A DNA stretch of 64,000 bases from an uncultured Actinomycetes bacterium (GTDB lineage Bacteria; Actinomycetota; Thermoleophilia; Gaiellales; JAICJC01), in NCBI GenBank assembly GCA_963821535.1, contig CAWGEC010000012.1, positions 72,725 through 136,724 of the forward strand, in the 5' to 3' direction. How positions within the stretch are numbered: the stretch's first letter is position 1; the number at the start of each line of letters is the position of its first letter. A program made the translations under genes and the position numbers. Below, piece after piece: positions 30,341 to 40,622 of this stretch. The notes below the pieces were generated by a model. The model saw only the letters and a program-made list of their open reading frames with translations, searched no databases and was not told the DNA's origin.

Positions 30341-31251
30341 GCACGGGCACGTACCTCCAGCCGGCGAGCCTCGACGAGGCCCTGGCCCTGCTCGCCGAGC
30401 ACGACGGGGCGGCGCTCGTGGCCGGCGGCACCGACCTCGTCGTCGGCACGCGCCAGGGGAAGCGGACGCTTCCCCAGACGCTCGTCGCCATCCATCTCCT
30501 CCCGAACCTCGACGCCATCGGTGAGAGCCGCGGCGGCGGCCTCATGCTCGGCGCGCTCACCACTCACGATGCGATCGAGCGCTCGGCGCTCGTCCGGGGC
30601 CGGTGGACGGCGCTGGCGGATGCGTCCGCCATCGTCGGCTCCCCCGCCACCCGCCACGTCGGGACGCTGGGCGGGAACCTGGCGAACGCCTCGCCGGCGA
30701 TGGAGACGGGCGCGCCGCTCGTCGTCTTCGGCGCCGAGGTGGAGCTGCGGTCGGCGGGCGGCTCCCGCACCGTCCCCGTCGAGAGCCTGTGGGCGGGGCC
30801 GGGCCGCACGACCGCGGCGCCCGGCGAGATGATCACCGGCGTCACCGTGCCGGCGCCCGCGGACGGCTCCGGCAGCGCGTACGTGCGGCTCGAGTTCCGG
30901 CGGTCGATGGAGATCGCGGTGGTCGGAGCGGCGGCGCTCGTCACGCTCGCCGGCGACGGGACCGTGGCCGACGCGCGGGTCGCCCTGACGGCCGTGGCGC
31001 CGACGATCGTCCGATCGCCGGCCGCGGAGGCCGCGCTGCGCGGCAGCGAGCCGACGGCCGAGGCGATCGCCAAAGCGGCGGCCGCCGTGCACGACACCGC
31101 GGCGCCGATCTCGGACGTCCGCGGGTCGGACGGCTACCGCAAGGCGATGATCGAGGTGATCGCGCGGCGCGCGATCGACGTCGCCGCCCGGCGCGCGGCC
31201 GGCGAGGACGTGCCGGTCCCGGCAACGATGACGGTGGGAGGCACCCGATGA
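30337..31251 (+). CDS. xanthine dehydrogenase family FAD-binding medium subunit
   Basis: The ATGA overlaps the large subunit gene. ALVAGGTDLVV...GTLGGNLANASP...SDVRGSDGYRKAM. Confidence 0.85.
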   Translation: MSTGTYLQPASLDEALALLAEHDGAALVAGGTDLVVGTRQGKRTLPQTLVAIHLLPNLDAIGESRGGGLMLGALTTHDAIERSALVRGRWTALADASAIVGSPATRHVGTLGGNLANASPAMETGAPLVVFGAEVELRSAGGSRTVPVESLWAGPGRTTAAPGEMITGVTVPAPADGSGSAYVRLEFRRSMEIAVVGAAALVTLAGDGTVADARVALTAVAPTIVRSPAAEAALRGSEPTAEAIAKAAAAVHDTAAPISDVRGSDGYRKAMIEVIARRAIDVAARRAAGEDVPVPATMTVGGTR

Positions 31252-31718
31252 GCCACGCCTGCACGCTCAAGGTGAACGGCATGTCCTACCCGCTCGAGCT
31301 CGATGCGGGGCGGACGCTCCTCACGGTGCTCCGGGGCGAGCTCGGCCTGACCGGCGCAAAGGAGGGCTGCGACGACTCGGAGTGCGGCGCCTGCATGGTG
31401 CTGGTCGACGGCCGCCCGGTGAACTCGTGCTCCTACCTCGCCCTCCAGGCCGACGGCCGCGAGATCACCACGGTCGAGGGGCTCGCGAACGGCGGCGAGC
31501 TGCATCCGCTCCAGGCGGCGTTCCTCGACGAGGGCGGCGTCCAGTGCGGCTTCTGCACGCCCGGGATGCTGATCTCGGCGGAGGCGCTCTTGCGGCGAAA
31601 CCCCGATCCGAGCGAGGAGGAGGTGCGGCTCGCGCTGGGCGGGAACCTGTGCCGCTGCACCGGCTACCAGAAGATCGCGAAAGCGGTGCTCGCCGCAGCT
31701 CCCGGCACCAACGGCTAA
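31248..31718 (+). CDS. (2Fe-2S)-binding small subunit of the molybdenum hydroxylase
   Basis: ATGA overlap. [16 protein letters not shown]...CSYL and QCGFCTPGM...LCRCTGY. Confidence 0.9.
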   Translation: MSHACTLKVNGMSYPLELDAGRTLLTVLRGELGLTGAKEGCDDSECGACMVLVDGRPVNSCSYLALQADGREITTVEGLANGGELHPLQAAFLDEGGVQCGFCTPGMLISAEALLRRNPDPSEEEVRLALGGNLCRCTGYQKIAKAVLAAAPGTNG

Positions 31719-31773
31719 CCCCATGGGGCCAGGCCCCATAGCCCGCGGGCTATGGGGCCTGGCCCCGGTGGTG
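31716..31773. repeat. REP-like double palindrome, copy 4 (extended inner stem)
   Basis: TAACCCCATGGGGCCAGGCCCCATAGCCCGCGGGCTATGGGGCCTGGCCCCGGTGGTG. The TAA is the stop of the small-subunit gene. The convergent GNAT ORF terminates inside the element at 31750-31752. Confidence 0.85.
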
Positions 31774-32325
31774 CGTCCAGTCCTCGCGTATCAGCCGGTA
31801 GAGCACGTGCCGGCGGAGGCGATGGCCGGGCGGGAGCGCCGGGTGGTCGAAGTCGTCGGCCGGGTCGTGGGTCATGCCGATCCGGCGCATCACCGCGCGT
31901 GAGGGCTCGTTGGCCGGCGCGGTGAACGAGACGATCTCGGCAAGGCCGGCCTCGGTGAAGCCGAAGCGTACGGCCTCGCGCGCCGCCTCGGTCGCGTAGC
32001 CGCGGCCCCACCACTCCGCCGCCAGCCGCCAGCCCACCTCGACCGCCGGCGTGAAGTGCGCGTCGAACCGCGGCACGGCCAGGCCCACGAAGCCGGCGAA
32101 CGCGACCTCGCCCGGGGCCTCGACGGCCCACAGCCCGAACCCGTGCTGGGCGAAGTGCTCCTCGATCCGATCGGCGTGCGCGTCGCTCTCGGCGCGCGTC
32201 ATCGTCCCGGGGAAGTGCTCCATCACGCGCGGGTCGGCGTTCATCTCGGCATAGGCGTCGCGATCCGGCGGGCGCCAGCCGCGCAGCACGAGCCGCTCGG
32301 TGCGAAGCGTGGGCGCCGCGCTCAC
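31750..32325 (-). CDS. GNAT family N-acetyltransferase (RimJ/RimL-like)
   Basis: The GTG at 32325 overlaps (GTGA) the upstream MFS stop. TERLVLRGWRPPDRDAYAEMNADPRVMEHF...GWRLAAEWWGRGYATEAA. The last 7 codons (HHRGQAP*) are REP-derived. Confidence 0.75.
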   Translation of the reverse strand: MSAAPTLRTERLVLRGWRPPDRDAYAEMNADPRVMEHFPGTMTRAESDAHADRIEEHFAQHGFGLWAVEAPGEVAFAGFVGLAVPRFDAHFTPAVEVGWRLAAEWWGRGYATEAAREAVRFGFTEAGLAEIVSFTAPANEPSRAVMRRIGMTHDPADDFDHPALPPGHRLRRHVLYRLIREDWTHHRGQAP

Positions 32326-33539
32326 ACCTGCGCCTCCTCGCCGTAGCGCCAGAACTCCGGGAACGCCGCAACCACCGGGAGGATCCCGAGCACGCAGACG
32401 ACGCCGCCGGAGACGATCGAGAATCGCGTCCCGGCGATCCCCGCCACCGTCCCCGACTCGACGTCTCCGAGCCGAGGCCCGCCCGCGACCACGAGCGTGA
32501 AGATCGACGACATGCGCCCGCGCATCTCGTCGGGCGTCGCCGTCTGGAGGATCGTCGAGCGGCAGACCGCGCTCACGCTGTCGGCCGCCCCGGCGACGAG
32601 CAGGCACGCCGCCCCCACCCACAGCGTCGACGTGAGGCCGAGCAGCGTGATGCCGACGCCCCACACCGCGACGGCGAACACCACGATCCGGCCCAGCCGG
32701 CGCACGTGGATCATCCAGCCGGTCGAGAACGCGGCGACGACCGCGCCCGCCGAGACCGCCGCATAGAGGATGCCGACCCCCGCCGGGCCGGCGTCGTAGA
32801 CGGTGAGCGCCAGGGCCGGGAAGAGCGCCCGCGGCATCCCGAACGTCATCGCGAGGATGTCGATTGCGAAGCTGCCCATGAGCTCACCGCTTCGGGCCGC
32901 GAAGCGGAGGCCGTCGCGCACCGCCGCCAGGAAGGACGCGCCCGGCTCCACCGCCGGCTGAGGCGGCGTGGCGATGGCCCACACCGCGGCGAACATCGCG
33001 AGGAACGTCGCCACGTCGACAGCGTAGGCCCAGGTGAGGCCCGCGGCGGCGATGATGATCCCGCCGGCCGCCGGCCCGACCACCATCGCCACCTGCACGA
33101 GCCCGTAGTTGAACGAGATGGCCGACCGCAGCCGCTCGGGCCCGACGAGCGCGGGCACCATGGCCGCCCGGGTGGGCCGGTCGACGGCCGAGGCTCCCGC
33201 GGCGACCGCGGCGATGAGGTAGAGGAGCGCGACGGGCGGAGACCCGGCGGCCGCGCCGATGACGAGGCACAGCGATGTCCCGGCCTGCACGACCTGGGCG
33301 GCGAGCAGCAGCCGGCGGCGGTCGGTGCGGTCTGCGAGCGTGCCGCCGAGCAGCGCGACGATCACGAGCGGCACCAGCTCGACGAGCCCGATCAGGCCGA
33401 CCTGGAACGACGACCCCGTGAGCACATACACCTGGAACGGGAGCGCGACCAGCGTGACCTGGGTGCCGATCCCCGAGATCAGCCCGCCGATCACCAGCAG
33501 GCGGAAGTCGCGCGAATCGCGAAGCGCGCTCGTATCCAC
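32322..33539 (-). CDS. MFS transporter (EntS/MFS_3-like)
   Basis: Intact 405 aa with about 12 hydrophobic segments. [17 protein letters not shown]...[14 protein letters not shown]. Confidence 0.8.
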   Translation of the reverse strand: MDTSALRDSRDFRLLVIGGLISGIGTQVTLVALPFQVYVLTGSSFQVGLIGLVELVPLVIVALLGGTLADRTDRRRLLLAAQVVQAGTSLCLVIGAAAGSPPVALLYLIAAVAAGASAVDRPTRAAMVPALVGPERLRSAISFNYGLVQVAMVVGPAAGGIIIAAAGLTWAYAVDVATFLAMFAAVWAIATPPQPAVEPGASFLAAVRDGLRFAARSGELMGSFAIDILAMTFGMPRALFPALALTVYDAGPAGVGILYAAVSAGAVVAAFSTGWMIHVRRLGRIVVFAVAVWGVGITLLGLTSTLWVGAACLLVAGAADSVSAVCRSTILQTATPDEMRGRMSSIFTLVVAGGPRLGDVESGTVAGIAGTRFSIVSGGVVCVLGILPVVAAFPEFWRYGEEAQV

Positions 33540-33587
33540 GGCGACGCTGCGCAGGCGGCGCGCGGCCCTGCTCCGGAGAGGTGCCGC

Positions 33588-34551
33588 CTATGCCTCCCCG
33601 TGGGCGCTGCCCAGGCGCTCGAGCTCCGCCACGCTCGGCTCGAGGTCGGCCATCGGCAGCAGTTCCGCGAGCTGCTCGGGCGAGCGGGCGCTCGCGATCG
33701 GGGCGGTCACCCCGGGCTGCGCACGAAGCCACGCCAGCGCCACGGCCGCGACGGTCGTCGAGTGGGCCGCGGCGACCTCGTCGAGCGCGGCGAGGACGCC
33801 CGCGCCGCCGTCGAGGTGGCGCGAGGCCGAGCCCGCCCGCGGGCTCTCGACCTCGGCGCCGCCCGTGCGGTACTTGCCGGTGAGGAACCCCGAGGCGAGG
33901 GCGTAGTACGGCAGGCACGCGATCCCCTCGGCGACGCACAGCTCCTGAAGCTCGCCCTCGTACTCGTCGCGGCTCACCAGGTTGTACTCGGGCTGGAGCG
34001 CGACGTACCGCGCGAGGCCGCCCCGGTCGCTCACCCGAAGCGCCTCCGCGAGGCGCGGCGCCGTGTAGTTCGACGCGCCGAGGTGGCGCACCTTGCCCTC
34101 GCGGACGAGCTCGTCGAACGCGGCCATCGTCTCCTCGAGCGGCGTGTCCGGATCGTCGGCGTGGGCGTAGTAGAGGTCGATGCGGTCGGTCGCGAGCCGC
34201 TCGAGCGACTCCTCGGCGCCCGCGCGGATCGTCGCCGCCGCGAGCCCGCGCATCCCCGGCCGCCCGCCCGACCTTGGTGGCGATCACGAGATCGTCGCGG
34301 TTCCCGCGCGCCGCCATCCAGCGGCCGATGATCCGCTCGGACATCCCGCGCGGGTTGCCCTCGACCCAGTCGCCGTAGCCGTCGGCGGTGTCGACGAAGT
34401 TGCCGCCCGCGGCCGCATAGGCGTCGAGCACCGCGAACGACGCATCCTCGTCGGCGGTCCAGCCGAACACGTTCCCGCCCAGGCAGAGCGGGGACACGGT
34501 GAGGCCGGTGGTGCCAAGCGGGACGGTGGGCTGCACGAGCGCCTCCTTCAT
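33588..34551 (-). pseudogene. aldo/keto reductase, one frame change
   Basis: [31 protein letters not shown]...[10 protein letters not shown]...VIATKVG (frame of 32884..34659) continues as [34 protein letters not shown]... (33588..34253). There is an extra G in a G run near 34262. Confidence 0.8.
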
Positions 34552-35330
34552 GAGTCGTCGAACTCCGCCGTGGACAGGTCGACGACGCTCGAGCCCCCGT
34601 CGACCGGGAGGACGGCGCCGGTGATGCCCGACGCCTCGGGCGAGGTGAGGAACGCGCACGCCGCTGCGACCTCGTCGGCGGTGACGGGCCGGCGCAGCGG
34701 GACGTGCGCGGTCGAGAGCGCGTAGGCCCCCTCGCGGTCAAGCCCGCGCCGCTCGCCCAGGCGGTCCATGGATGCGTCGGCGATCGGGGTTCGCGTCCAC
34801 GCCGGGCAGACCGCGTTCACCCGGACGCCGCGCGGCCCGTAGTCGCGGGCCAGCGACCGGGTGAGCCCGACCACGCCGTGCTTGGAGGCCGTGTAGCCCG
34901 CGTCGTCGGGGATCGCGAACAGCCCCGCGACCGACGAGACGATGACGATGCTGCCGGAGCGCTCGACGAGCGCCGGGAGCGCCGCGCGGGCCAGGACGAA
35001 GGTGCTCGTCAGGTTCGAGCGCAGCACCGCCTCCCACATGCCGTCGTCGACATCCCCCGCTGCGGCGGAGCCGTCTCCGCCCGCGTTTGCGACCAGGATG
35101 TCGAGGCCGCCGTATGCATCGGTCACTGCCGCCACCGCGCCGTCGGCATCCGCCGGCGCGGCGGAGTCCCCGACGAGCGCCAGACCGTCGGCCTCGGCGG
35201 CCACGCGCTCGACCGGCTCGCGCCGGCGACCCATGACTGCGACCCGCACGCCGGCCGCCGCGAGGCGGCGCGCGGTCGCGGCACCGATCCCGGTCCCGCC
35301 GCCGCTCACAAGGGCCACCCTCGCCTGCAC
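34548..35330 (-). CDS. SDR family oxidoreductase
   Basis: Intact 260 aa. [14 protein letters not shown] (TGxxxGxG) and the YTASKHG catalytic YxxxK. Confidence 0.85.
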   Translation of the reverse strand: MQARVALVSGGGTGIGAATARRLAAAGVRVAVMGRRREPVERVAAEADGLALVGDSAAPADADGAVAAVTDAYGGLDILVANAGGDGSAAAGDVDDGMWEAVLRSNLTSTFVLARAALPALVERSGSIVIVSSVAGLFAIPDDAGYTASKHGVVGLTRSLARDYGPRGVRVNAVCPAWTRTPIADASMDRLGERRGLDREGAYALSTAHVPLRRPVTADEVAAACAFLTSPEASGITGAVLPVDGGSSVVDLSTAEFDDS

Positions 35331-35386
35331 GCGCCGATTCTCGCCGCTCCCGGCGATGGCCGCGCCGCTTCGTATCCTTCCCGCCA

Positions 35387-36451
35387 GTGTCAGGCCTTCC
35401 GCTCCCGGCGGTCGTCGCGGTCTTCGCCCTGGCGGCGCTCGCGGTGTGGTATGCCGGGATCAAGCTCTCGGACACGACCGACGTGCTCGCCACGCGCCTC
35501 GGGCTCGGCGAGGCGCTCGGCGGGCTCATCCTCCTCGCGATCGCGACCAACCTGCCCGAGATCGCGATCACCGTGAGCGCCGCCCTCGCCAACAACCTCG
35601 GCATCGCAATCGGCAACATCCTCGGCGGGATCGCGATCCAGACGGTCGTCCTCGCCGTGATGGACGCCGTCGGCCTGGGCCGAAACGACGGCCTCACATA
35701 CCGTTCCGCCTCGCTCTCGCTCGTCCTCGAGGCGATGGTCGTGATCGCGGTCCTCGTGATCTCGGTGATGGGAGCGCAGCTTCCGCTCGGGAAGGCAAAC
35801 GGCAGGCTCGAGCCGGCGGCGGTCTTCATCGTCGCGACCTGGATGACCGGCCTGTGGCTGGTCAGCCGGGCCCGCCGCGGGCTGCCGTGGCACGAGCTCG
35901 GCAACCCACCGGACGGCCAGGAGAAGCGCCGCGGGCACGCGCGCGAGAAGCGGGCCGAGCGGACGCACCGGAAGCTGGGGACGCGGGCGGCCACCGCCCT
36001 CTTCGCCGCCGGCGCGCTCGTCACGCTCGTCGCAGGCGTCGCCCTCGAGCAGAGCGGCGAGGTCATCGCGGACCACGCGGGCATGAGCGGCGTCGTCTTC
36101 GGCGCGACGTTCCTGGCGGCAGCCACCGCGCTTCCCGAGGTGTCGACCGGCCTCTCGTCGATCAAGCTCGGCGACTACCAGCTCGCCGTCAGCGACATCT
36201 TCGGAGGAAATGCGTTCCTCCCGGTCCTGTTCCTGCCCGCCGGGCTGATCTCTGGCCATGCCGTCCTGCCGCAGGCCCAGCCGACCGACATCTACCTGAC
36301 CGGGCTCGGCGCGCTCCTGACCGCGGTGTACGTCGTCGGGCTGATCTTCCGGCCGCGACGCCAGCTCTGGGTCATGGGCGCCGACTCGTGGGCGGTCGTC
36401 TTCCTCTATGCGCTCGGGATCGTCGGGCTGATCGCGATCACCCGCGCCTGA
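35387..36451 (+). CDS. sodium/calcium exchanger (CaCA) family membrane protein
   Basis: Intact 354 aa with two alpha-repeat-like motifs, GLILLAIATNLPEIAIT and FLAAATALPEVSTG. Confidence 0.75.
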   Translation: MSGLPLPAVVAVFALAALAVWYAGIKLSDTTDVLATRLGLGEALGGLILLAIATNLPEIAITVSAALANNLGIAIGNILGGIAIQTVVLAVMDAVGLGRNDGLTYRSASLSLVLEAMVVIAVLVISVMGAQLPLGKANGRLEPAAVFIVATWMTGLWLVSRARRGLPWHELGNPPDGQEKRRGHAREKRAERTHRKLGTRAATALFAAGALVTLVAGVALEQSGEVIADHAGMSGVVFGATFLAAATALPEVSTGLSSIKLGDYQLAVSDIFGGNAFLPVLFLPAGLISGHAVLPQAQPTDIYLTGLGALLTAVYVVGLIFRPRRQLWVMGADSWAVVFLYALGIVGLIAITRA

Positions 36452-36462
36452 GCGACGGTGCG

Positions 36463-38814
36463 TCAGCGGTCGAGCTGCTCCGACATCGCCGCATGCCGCT
36501 CGACGCCCGCGAGCCACACCTCGAGCTCCTCGGCCGGCAGGGGGCGGCTGATGAAGTAGCCCTGGGCGACGTCGCACCCGAGCCGAACGAGCTGCTCCCA
36601 GGCCTGCGCGGACTCGACGCCCTCGGCGACGGTCGTCAGGCCGAGCTTCCGGGCGAGGGCCACGGTGGCCTCGACGATGCTCGAGTCGGTGTCGCTCGCG
36701 GCCAGGTCGGAGATGAACGAGCGGTCGATCTTGAGCTCATCGACGGGAAGGCGCTGGAGATACGACAGGGATGACCACCCGGTCCCGAAGTCGTCGAGCG
36801 ACACGCGCACGCCCATCTCGTGGAGCCGGGCGAGCACCTCGATCGTGCGGTTCGGGTCGAGCACGAGCATCGTTTCGGTGATCTCGATCGCGAGACAGCG
36901 CGGCTCCAGGCCGACGCGGTCGAGCTCTGCCGCGATCGCCCCCGGAAGGTCGAGGTCGACGAGGTCGCGCACCGACAGGTTGACGGCGACCGAGAGGTCA
37001 ATCCCGCGGTCACGCCACCGCCGGCACTGCTCGAGCGCGGTGCGGAGGACGTGGTGGGTAAGCGGGCGGATCAGGCCCGTGTGCTCGGCGAGGTGGACGA
37101 ACTCGTACGGCCCGATCAGTCCGCGCTCGGGGTGTTGCCAGCGGACGAGGGCCTCGACGCTTCGCACGCGGCCGTCGTGCATGGTCGCCTTCGGCTGGTA
37201 GTGGACGACGATCTCGCCCCTGTCGAGCGCGTGGCGCAGCTCTGCCACCAGGGAGAGCCGCTCGGTCGAGTGCTCGTCGGTCGACGGGTCGTAGACCTGG
37301 AGCGCGGTGCGCGTGTCCTTGGCGACGTACATGGCGATCTCGGCGCGCTGGAGCAGCGAGATGACGTCGTCGCCGTGGTCGGGGTAGACGGCGACGCCGA
37401 TGCTGGCCCGGATGTCGAGCAGGACGCCGTGGAGGATGAGGGGAGCCGAGAGCGCCGTCCGGATGCGCGCCGCCAGCTGCACCGCCGAGGACTCCTCCAT
37501 GACGCGCGGCATGAGGATCGCGAACTCGTCGCCGCCCAGCCGGGCCAGGCTGTCGCTCGACCGCAGCACACCGCGCAGGCGCGCGGCGACCGCGGCGATC
37601 ACCTGATCGCCGGCGTGATGGCCGAGGGTGTCGTTGATCTCGCGGAACTGGTCGACGTCCATCAGCATCACCGCCGTCTGGACGCCGTCGCGGTCCGCCG
37701 CCCTGATCGCGCGCTCGGTGCGGTCGCGGAAGAGCAGCCGGTTGGGCAGGCCCGTGAGCTCGTCATGCATCGCCTGGTGGGCGGTTCGCTCCGCCCCCCG
37801 CCGAACCGCCGCCGACTGCCGTCCCAGTGCGAGGCCCAGCCCCACGAGGGCCAGCACCATCAGCGCGAGAACGCCCTGAGCAGCCTTCGTCGGCCGGAGC
37901 ACGGCGGGCGGCGTCGCGTCGACGACGACGTACCACTCGTTGGCATTCCCGGTGACGTGCGACACGCGCTGGTATGCGGCGCGCTTCCCCCCGACGTCGA
38001 GCATGCCGCCGTCGCGGCCGCTGAGCTCGGCCATCGAGAGGTCCAGGGAGCTCTGCCGCCCGAGCGGCGCCCCGATGCGCTGGCGATGGCTCGTGTCGAA
38101 GACGACGTTCCCCGTCCGCGCGTCGACGACCGAGACATGGAGGCCGGCCGCCTCCGCCTGCGCCGCCTCTCGGAGCGCCTCGATCGGAACCTCGAAGTGC
38201 AGGATCCCGCGCCCCTGGGCGCCGACCGGAACCGGCGTCGCGGCTGCGATCACCCACTGGTGGGAGTCGGGCGAGATGTACGGGGGCACCTGGTACACCT
38301 GGCCGGTGGGCAGGCCGAGGGTCGGCCGGATGAACGGGTTGGCCCGCTCGTCGGCGGCCAGGTCTCGAGCAGGCGTCGCCCGGCCCCGGTACAGGCGTGC
38401 GACCTCCTGTCCGTTCGGAGCGATGAAGCACGCCTCCACGACGGATCCGCCGTCTGCGGCGCGGATCGAGCGAAGAGCGATGTCGATGTCTCGAATCGGC
38501 GCTCCGTCCGCCGCGATCGTGCCGTCCAGCGACCCGGGCGCTGCGATGGCCGCCCGCCAGACCGGGCTCCCGGCGCTCACGAGGATGAGCGCGCGCTGGC
38601 GTGTGAAATAGCTCGCGAGCATTCGCGCCTCGCCCGAGGCCACGGAGCTCATGCGCGCTCCCTGATAGCGCCGCGCCGACTGGTCCGACGCGCGGATCAA
38701 GAGCACCGCGCCGAGGCCGAGGGGCACGAGGCCGGCGACCATCACCAGGATGATCCATTGCGCGTGGTCCCGTACGCGCGCACGGAGCGCCTGCCGGTCG
38801 AGGACAGCGGCCAT
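36463..38814 (-). CDS. membrane sensor diguanylate cyclase/phosphodiesterase (periplasmic Cache-like domain - GGDEF - EAL)
   Basis: Intact. RLGGDEFAIL (GGDEF) and EALVRW...DDFGTGWSSLSYL...KIDRSF (EAL). It has two TM segments flanking an approximately 280-aa extracytoplasmic region. The start is taken as the ATG at 38814 (the ORF track starts at 38871). Confidence 0.85.
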   Translation of the reverse strand: MAAVLDRQALRARVRDHAQWIILVMVAGLVPLGLGAVLLIRASDQSARRYQGARMSSVASGEARMLASYFTRQRALILVSAGSPVWRAAIAAPGSLDGTIAADGAPIRDIDIALRSIRAADGGSVVEACFIAPNGQEVARLYRGRATPARDLAADERANPFIRPTLGLPTGQVYQVPPYISPDSHQWVIAAATPVPVGAQGRGILHFEVPIEALREAAQAEAAGLHVSVVDARTGNVVFDTSHRQRIGAPLGRQSSLDLSMAELSGRDGGMLDVGGKRAAYQRVSHVTGNANEWYVVVDATPPAVLRPTKAAQGVLALMVLALVGLGLALGRQSAAVRRGAERTAHQAMHDELTGLPNRLLFRDRTERAIRAADRDGVQTAVMLMDVDQFREINDTLGHHAGDQVIAAVAARLRGVLRSSDSLARLGGDEFAILMPRVMEESSAVQLAARIRTALSAPLILHGVLLDIRASIGVAVYPDHGDDVISLLQRAEIAMYVAKDTRTALQVYDPSTDEHSTERLSLVAELRHALDRGEIVVHYQPKATMHDGRVRSVEALVRWQHPERGLIGPYEFVHLAEHTGLIRPLTHHVLRTALEQCRRWRDRGIDLSVAVNLSVRDLVDLDLPGAIAAELDRVGLEPRCLAIEITETMLVLDPNRTIEVLARLHEMGVRVSLDDFGTGWSSLSYLQRLPVDELKIDRSFISDLAASDTDSSIVEATVALARKLGLTTVAEGVESAQAWEQLVRLGCDVAQGYFISRPLPAEELEVWLAGVERHAAMSEQLDR

Positions 38815-38945
38815 ACCTGGGTGGTCGGAGGCCGGTCCGCGATCTTGAGAAGGCGGCAGACGGCCACCCACCCTGAGGTAGCAGGGCTACGTCGATCCGG
38901 GCAGACCGGGCTCCGCAAGGGGCATTGACGGCCCCGCCGGCGAGG

Positions 38946-40622
38946 TCACCGGCCGGCCGGGCAGGGCCGGAACAACGCGCCGTCGAGGTCGACGTCGAAC
39001 TTGACGGCCGCGAACCCGTTCGCCGGCGCATACACCGTCTGGCAGAAGGTCGAGAACCGGTGGCGCGGCCGGCACCGCTTGCCGGGGCCGCACACGAACC
39101 CGTCCTCACGGTACTCCGCCTCCCCCACCCACTTGCCTGTCGAGGTGAAGGCGTCGTAGCCGCACGGGTGCGCCCCGCCGAGGCCGGTGCACGCGAACCC
39201 GAACTGCCGGCTCCCGGCGAGCTGGGCGGAGAAGCACTCGTCGTACTGGTAGCACTCCTCGACCACCGCGCCGTCGGTGTAGCGGCGCCCCCACCAGGCG
39301 AGGATGCCCGAGTTCTTCCACAGCGCGCTCATGCCGGCTCGGTGGATGTGGTTGTCGACGCGGGCGAGGAGGTTCTGGACGTCGCCCCGCGTAAGCTGGA
39401 ACCCTGTCGTCGACGGCGGGTTGAAGCTGTCGATGTCGTCGATCTCGACCGCGTCGAAGCCCTTCCTCGCGCACATCGCGATTCGCGCGTCGAACACGCG
39501 CATGACGGCGGGCACGCGGCGCAGGTCGACCCACCGCTCCTGCGGGTAGCCGTAGTAGACCCGGCCGAGCGCCGCAGCCGGGAACCCGTCCGGCGACGGG
39601 GTCCCGTCGGGCCGGTAGTCCTCCCAGGCCAGGTCGAGGTAGCAGGCGGCGCGCGGGTGCGGCAGGGTGCTCGCCTGCCACGTCGTGTGGAGCGCCCGCA
39701 CCTGGGCCCGCGTCGTCAGGAACCCGTCGATGTCATACAGGTCGACGGCCCTCGCGCCCGTGCGCTCGAGCGGCGCCACACGGCCGATCTGCCAGTCCCA
39801 CCGCATCGGATGGCCGGTGCTGTCGAGGTGGGGCGGCGCCCAGCACGCCCCCTGGCATGCGACGGGCGCCGGGAGGGGCACCACTCGCCAGCCGAACCGG
39901 CGCGTCGTCCTCCCGGCCGAGTTCGACGCGCGGACGACGATCCGGTGGGAGCCGAGGCCGAGCCGGCCGGTGGCGACGACCCTGGTCCGCGGCACGCCTC
40001 TCCAGGCACGGCCGTCGATCCGGTAGCGGAGCCGCGGACGGCCGTCGGCGGCGTTGAAGTGCGGCGCCGAGATTCTGAACCGCTCGCTGGTGGAGCCCGT
40101 GCTCGTCGGCGGCAGGCCGTTCACGAACGCCGTCGCCGGCGCGCGCGAGCGCGGGTAGGCCGCGACCGCGGCTCCCGCGAGCACGTGGCGGCTGGCGCGG
40201 AGCACCCGGAAGGAGAAGGTCGCCGGATCGGTCTCGACCACCTCCGTCGCGGTCTCAATCAGCTTCAGCGTCCGGCCGGTGTCGCGATGGGCAACGGTGT
40301 ATCGCGACGCGGCAAACGGCGTCGCCGTCGTGCCACCGCCGGGCCGGCAGCGCCCGCCGGACGGGGGGCACGAGCGCCACTCGTAGGCCACCTCGAAGCT
40401 CAGCAGCCGATCGCCCGCTGGGAGATGCCCGGCGTGCCAGCGCAGACCCGACGCGCGAAGGACGCTGCCGTCGCGCAGGACGCCGGCGATCCGCGCATGC
40501 CCGACGGCGACCGGCGGCCGGATCGCATGCCGCGCGAGGGCGGCACCGGCAGCCGCCGGCTGCGGCGCCGCGCCGGCGAGAACGGCGACGGCCGCCCATG
40601 CTCCGGCGCGGCGCAGCGTCAC
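38946..40622 (-). CDS. secreted protein with C-terminal GH114 endo-alpha-1,4-polygalactosaminidase domain
   Basis: The GTG at 40622 gives the signal peptide VTLRRAGAWAAVAVLAGAAPQPAAA. An approximately 290-aa N-terminal region is unassigned. It is followed by WDWQIG...DLYDIDGF...ACYLDLAWEDYRPD...RIAMCARKGFDAVEIDDIDSF...TGFQLT...AGMSALWKN, the GH114 pattern. A GTGA overlaps the upstream GH4 gene. Confidence 0.7.
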   Translation of the reverse strand: MTLRRAGAWAAVAVLAGAAPQPAAAGAALARHAIRPPVAVGHARIAGVLRDGSVLRASGLRWHAGHLPAGDRLLSFEVAYEWRSCPPSGGRCRPGGGTTATPFAASRYTVAHRDTGRTLKLIETATEVVETDPATFSFRVLRASRHVLAGAAVAAYPRSRAPATAFVNGLPPTSTGSTSERFRISAPHFNAADGRPRLRYRIDGRAWRGVPRTRVVATGRLGLGSHRIVVRASNSAGRTTRRFGWRVVPLPAPVACQGACWAPPHLDSTGHPMRWDWQIGRVAPLERTGARAVDLYDIDGFLTTRAQVRALHTTWQASTLPHPRAACYLDLAWEDYRPDGTPSPDGFPAAALGRVYYGYPQERWVDLRRVPAVMRVFDARIAMCARKGFDAVEIDDIDSFNPPSTTGFQLTRGDVQNLLARVDNHIHRAGMSALWKNSGILAWWGRRYTDGAVVEECYQYDECFSAQLAGSRQFGFACTGLGGAHPCGYDAFTSTGKWVGEAEYREDGFVCGPGKRCRPRHRFSTFCQTVYAPANGFAAVKFDVDLDGALFRPCPAGR

